From the NCBI RefSeq assembly GCF_018350175.1, contig NC_058382.1, positions 54,252,001 to 54,316,000 on the forward strand: a stretch of DNA of 64,000 bases, in the 5' to 3' direction. Shown here piece by piece: positions 62,521-64,000 of this stretch (position 1 is its first letter; the number at the start of each line of letters is the position of its first letter). This stretch comes from Felis catus (Eukaryota). Under the pieces are notes generated by a model that worked only from the letters and a program-made list of their open reading frames with translations, searched no databases and was not told where the DNA came from. The translations under genes were made by a program, and so were the position numbers.

Positions 62521-64000
62521 GGAAAAGTGTTTTTAAAGAGGATGTATCCCAGGAAATGGGAGGGCTGGACAACTCCTTCCCTGAATGTGCACATTCTCGA
62601 GAGCTGGTCCCCAATTTTATAACCTGAAAGACACTGCCGTTTCTTCAATTTAAGGCACAGGAGGGCATGACGGAGCTCCCATGAAAGCATGTTCCAACCC
62701 CCAACAGTCACTGGACACACCAGGCTACTGTGATATGGCTGAGGCCCTTCCGGTCAAAGGCTCCCCAGAGATCACCCAGCGCCAAGCTTCAAACTGCCTC
62801 CTGCACCCCTCCCACAAAGGTGCACCCACCTCAAGCCACCACAGAGGTTGGCTCTTCTAGCCACGCCACCTGCTCACCTCCTCTCCACCATCAGGGGCTA
62901 GAACTCTTCGAAAGAACACAGAACGATGGCAGGAAGCCAGGCCCCGGTGAAGTAAACACACAGACTGAGATGGACTTCAAAAGCAAGGGACATGCTAGAA
63001 CACATCAGCCAGGAAGACACACGACGCCCAAGCTGTTGGACATGCCAGGAAGCCACAAAGAACACTGACACTGAACTCCACTCTCTGGTATTATAACAGG
63101 TCAGTACGTAGATCATAAGCGGTGCTGCCTAGAGCGGTACCTAACGAAATGCAGTCCGTCACATCCTTAGAAACTTCGGGAAGTTTCCCCCCCCTTTATG
63201 CCTCACTTTCCTCATCTGTAAAATGGGACTGGTAAGGACCATCTCGCTGTCAGAAATAAGGGACATATTTCCTGTGAGCACTTTCCTCCAAGGCTGGTAC
63301 AACACAGGCACTCACTGAAGGGGAGTGATCGTCATCCCTACACCCGATGTTAGGAGGCTCCGGTGGCCCAGGTGGCTGTGGGGAGGGAATGCTCTGAGGC
63401 AGCACGGACCCCCCCAGAAGACGGCAGCAGATTCAAACTAGAGCTCTGGGGGTGTGGTCTAGAAGAGCACCCTGGAAGTTTTGCTCGTAGAGACTTTTTT
63501 TCTCAGAGGACCTCATGGAAATAATAGGTGGACTCCATAGAGAGTGCTCTGGGAGCCACAGCACTGCTTCCGGGCCACACCTTCCCTGAGCACAGTGTCT
63601 CCAAAAGAAACCTAAGCCAGTCGGGGAGCTTCAATCAGCTCCCTCTTCCGGACGAGATATCTGTCCCTCGCCAGCCTCCGACAGACAGGGCGGGCCCAAG
63701 ACAAAGTCTAGGGACAGCAGCAAAAGAGCATCCAGGCCCCGGGCTCCACCCACCAGCTCAGGGGGCCTCAAGCGGCTCGACAGCCGCCCCCAACCTCGGT
63801 CAGGGGCGGCCTCTGGACTAAGGGCCACCGGCCCGGCCTGCCCTCGGTAACCGGCCCTTCATGGCACGGGCCAGTGACCTTGAGACTGTGGAACACCCAG
63901 CTGTCACACTGGCCAGAGGCCCAGGGGCAACGTGTCTAAACCTCCTTCCGGGAGGCATCTGTGTGCTCCGGAATCTAATTGCAAACAGTCACACATCCCC

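Noticed and set aside
10305..64000. CDYL2 first exon (MASGDLYE as recalled) or promoter CpG island
   Set aside because: Not found; no large CpG island in the window, so it probably lies beyond 64000

Overview
Mammalian genomic DNA from a cat-family (felid) genome, judged by the abundant SINEC_Fc-type Can-SINEs and carnivore L1 3' ends. The only protein-coding feature I can support is one 589-nt internal exon of CDYL2 (chromodomain Y-like 2; equivalent of human exon 2) on the minus strand at 10304-9716, with canonical AG/GT ends. Everything else is intron: about 9.7 kb of the downstream intron and about 53.7 kb of the upstream intron. It is packed with about 30 Can-SINEs, two large old L1 blocks, HAL1, MaLR/ERVL LTRs, MER5/MER58/MER104 DNA transposons, MIR/L2 and simple repeats. 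Best leads: (1) the exon has circular-RNA architecture, with carnivore SINE inverted pairs across it and a 98-codon ORF that exists only across the back-splice junction; (2) a SINE-spacer-SINE dimer inside a single 15-bp TSD; (3) an L1 3' transduction; (4) closely spaced inverted SINE pairs; (5) multi-layer nested insertions; (6) non-repetitive candidate regulatory islands. Repeat subfamily names and human comparisons are from memory, not a database search; boundaries of old elements are approximate.
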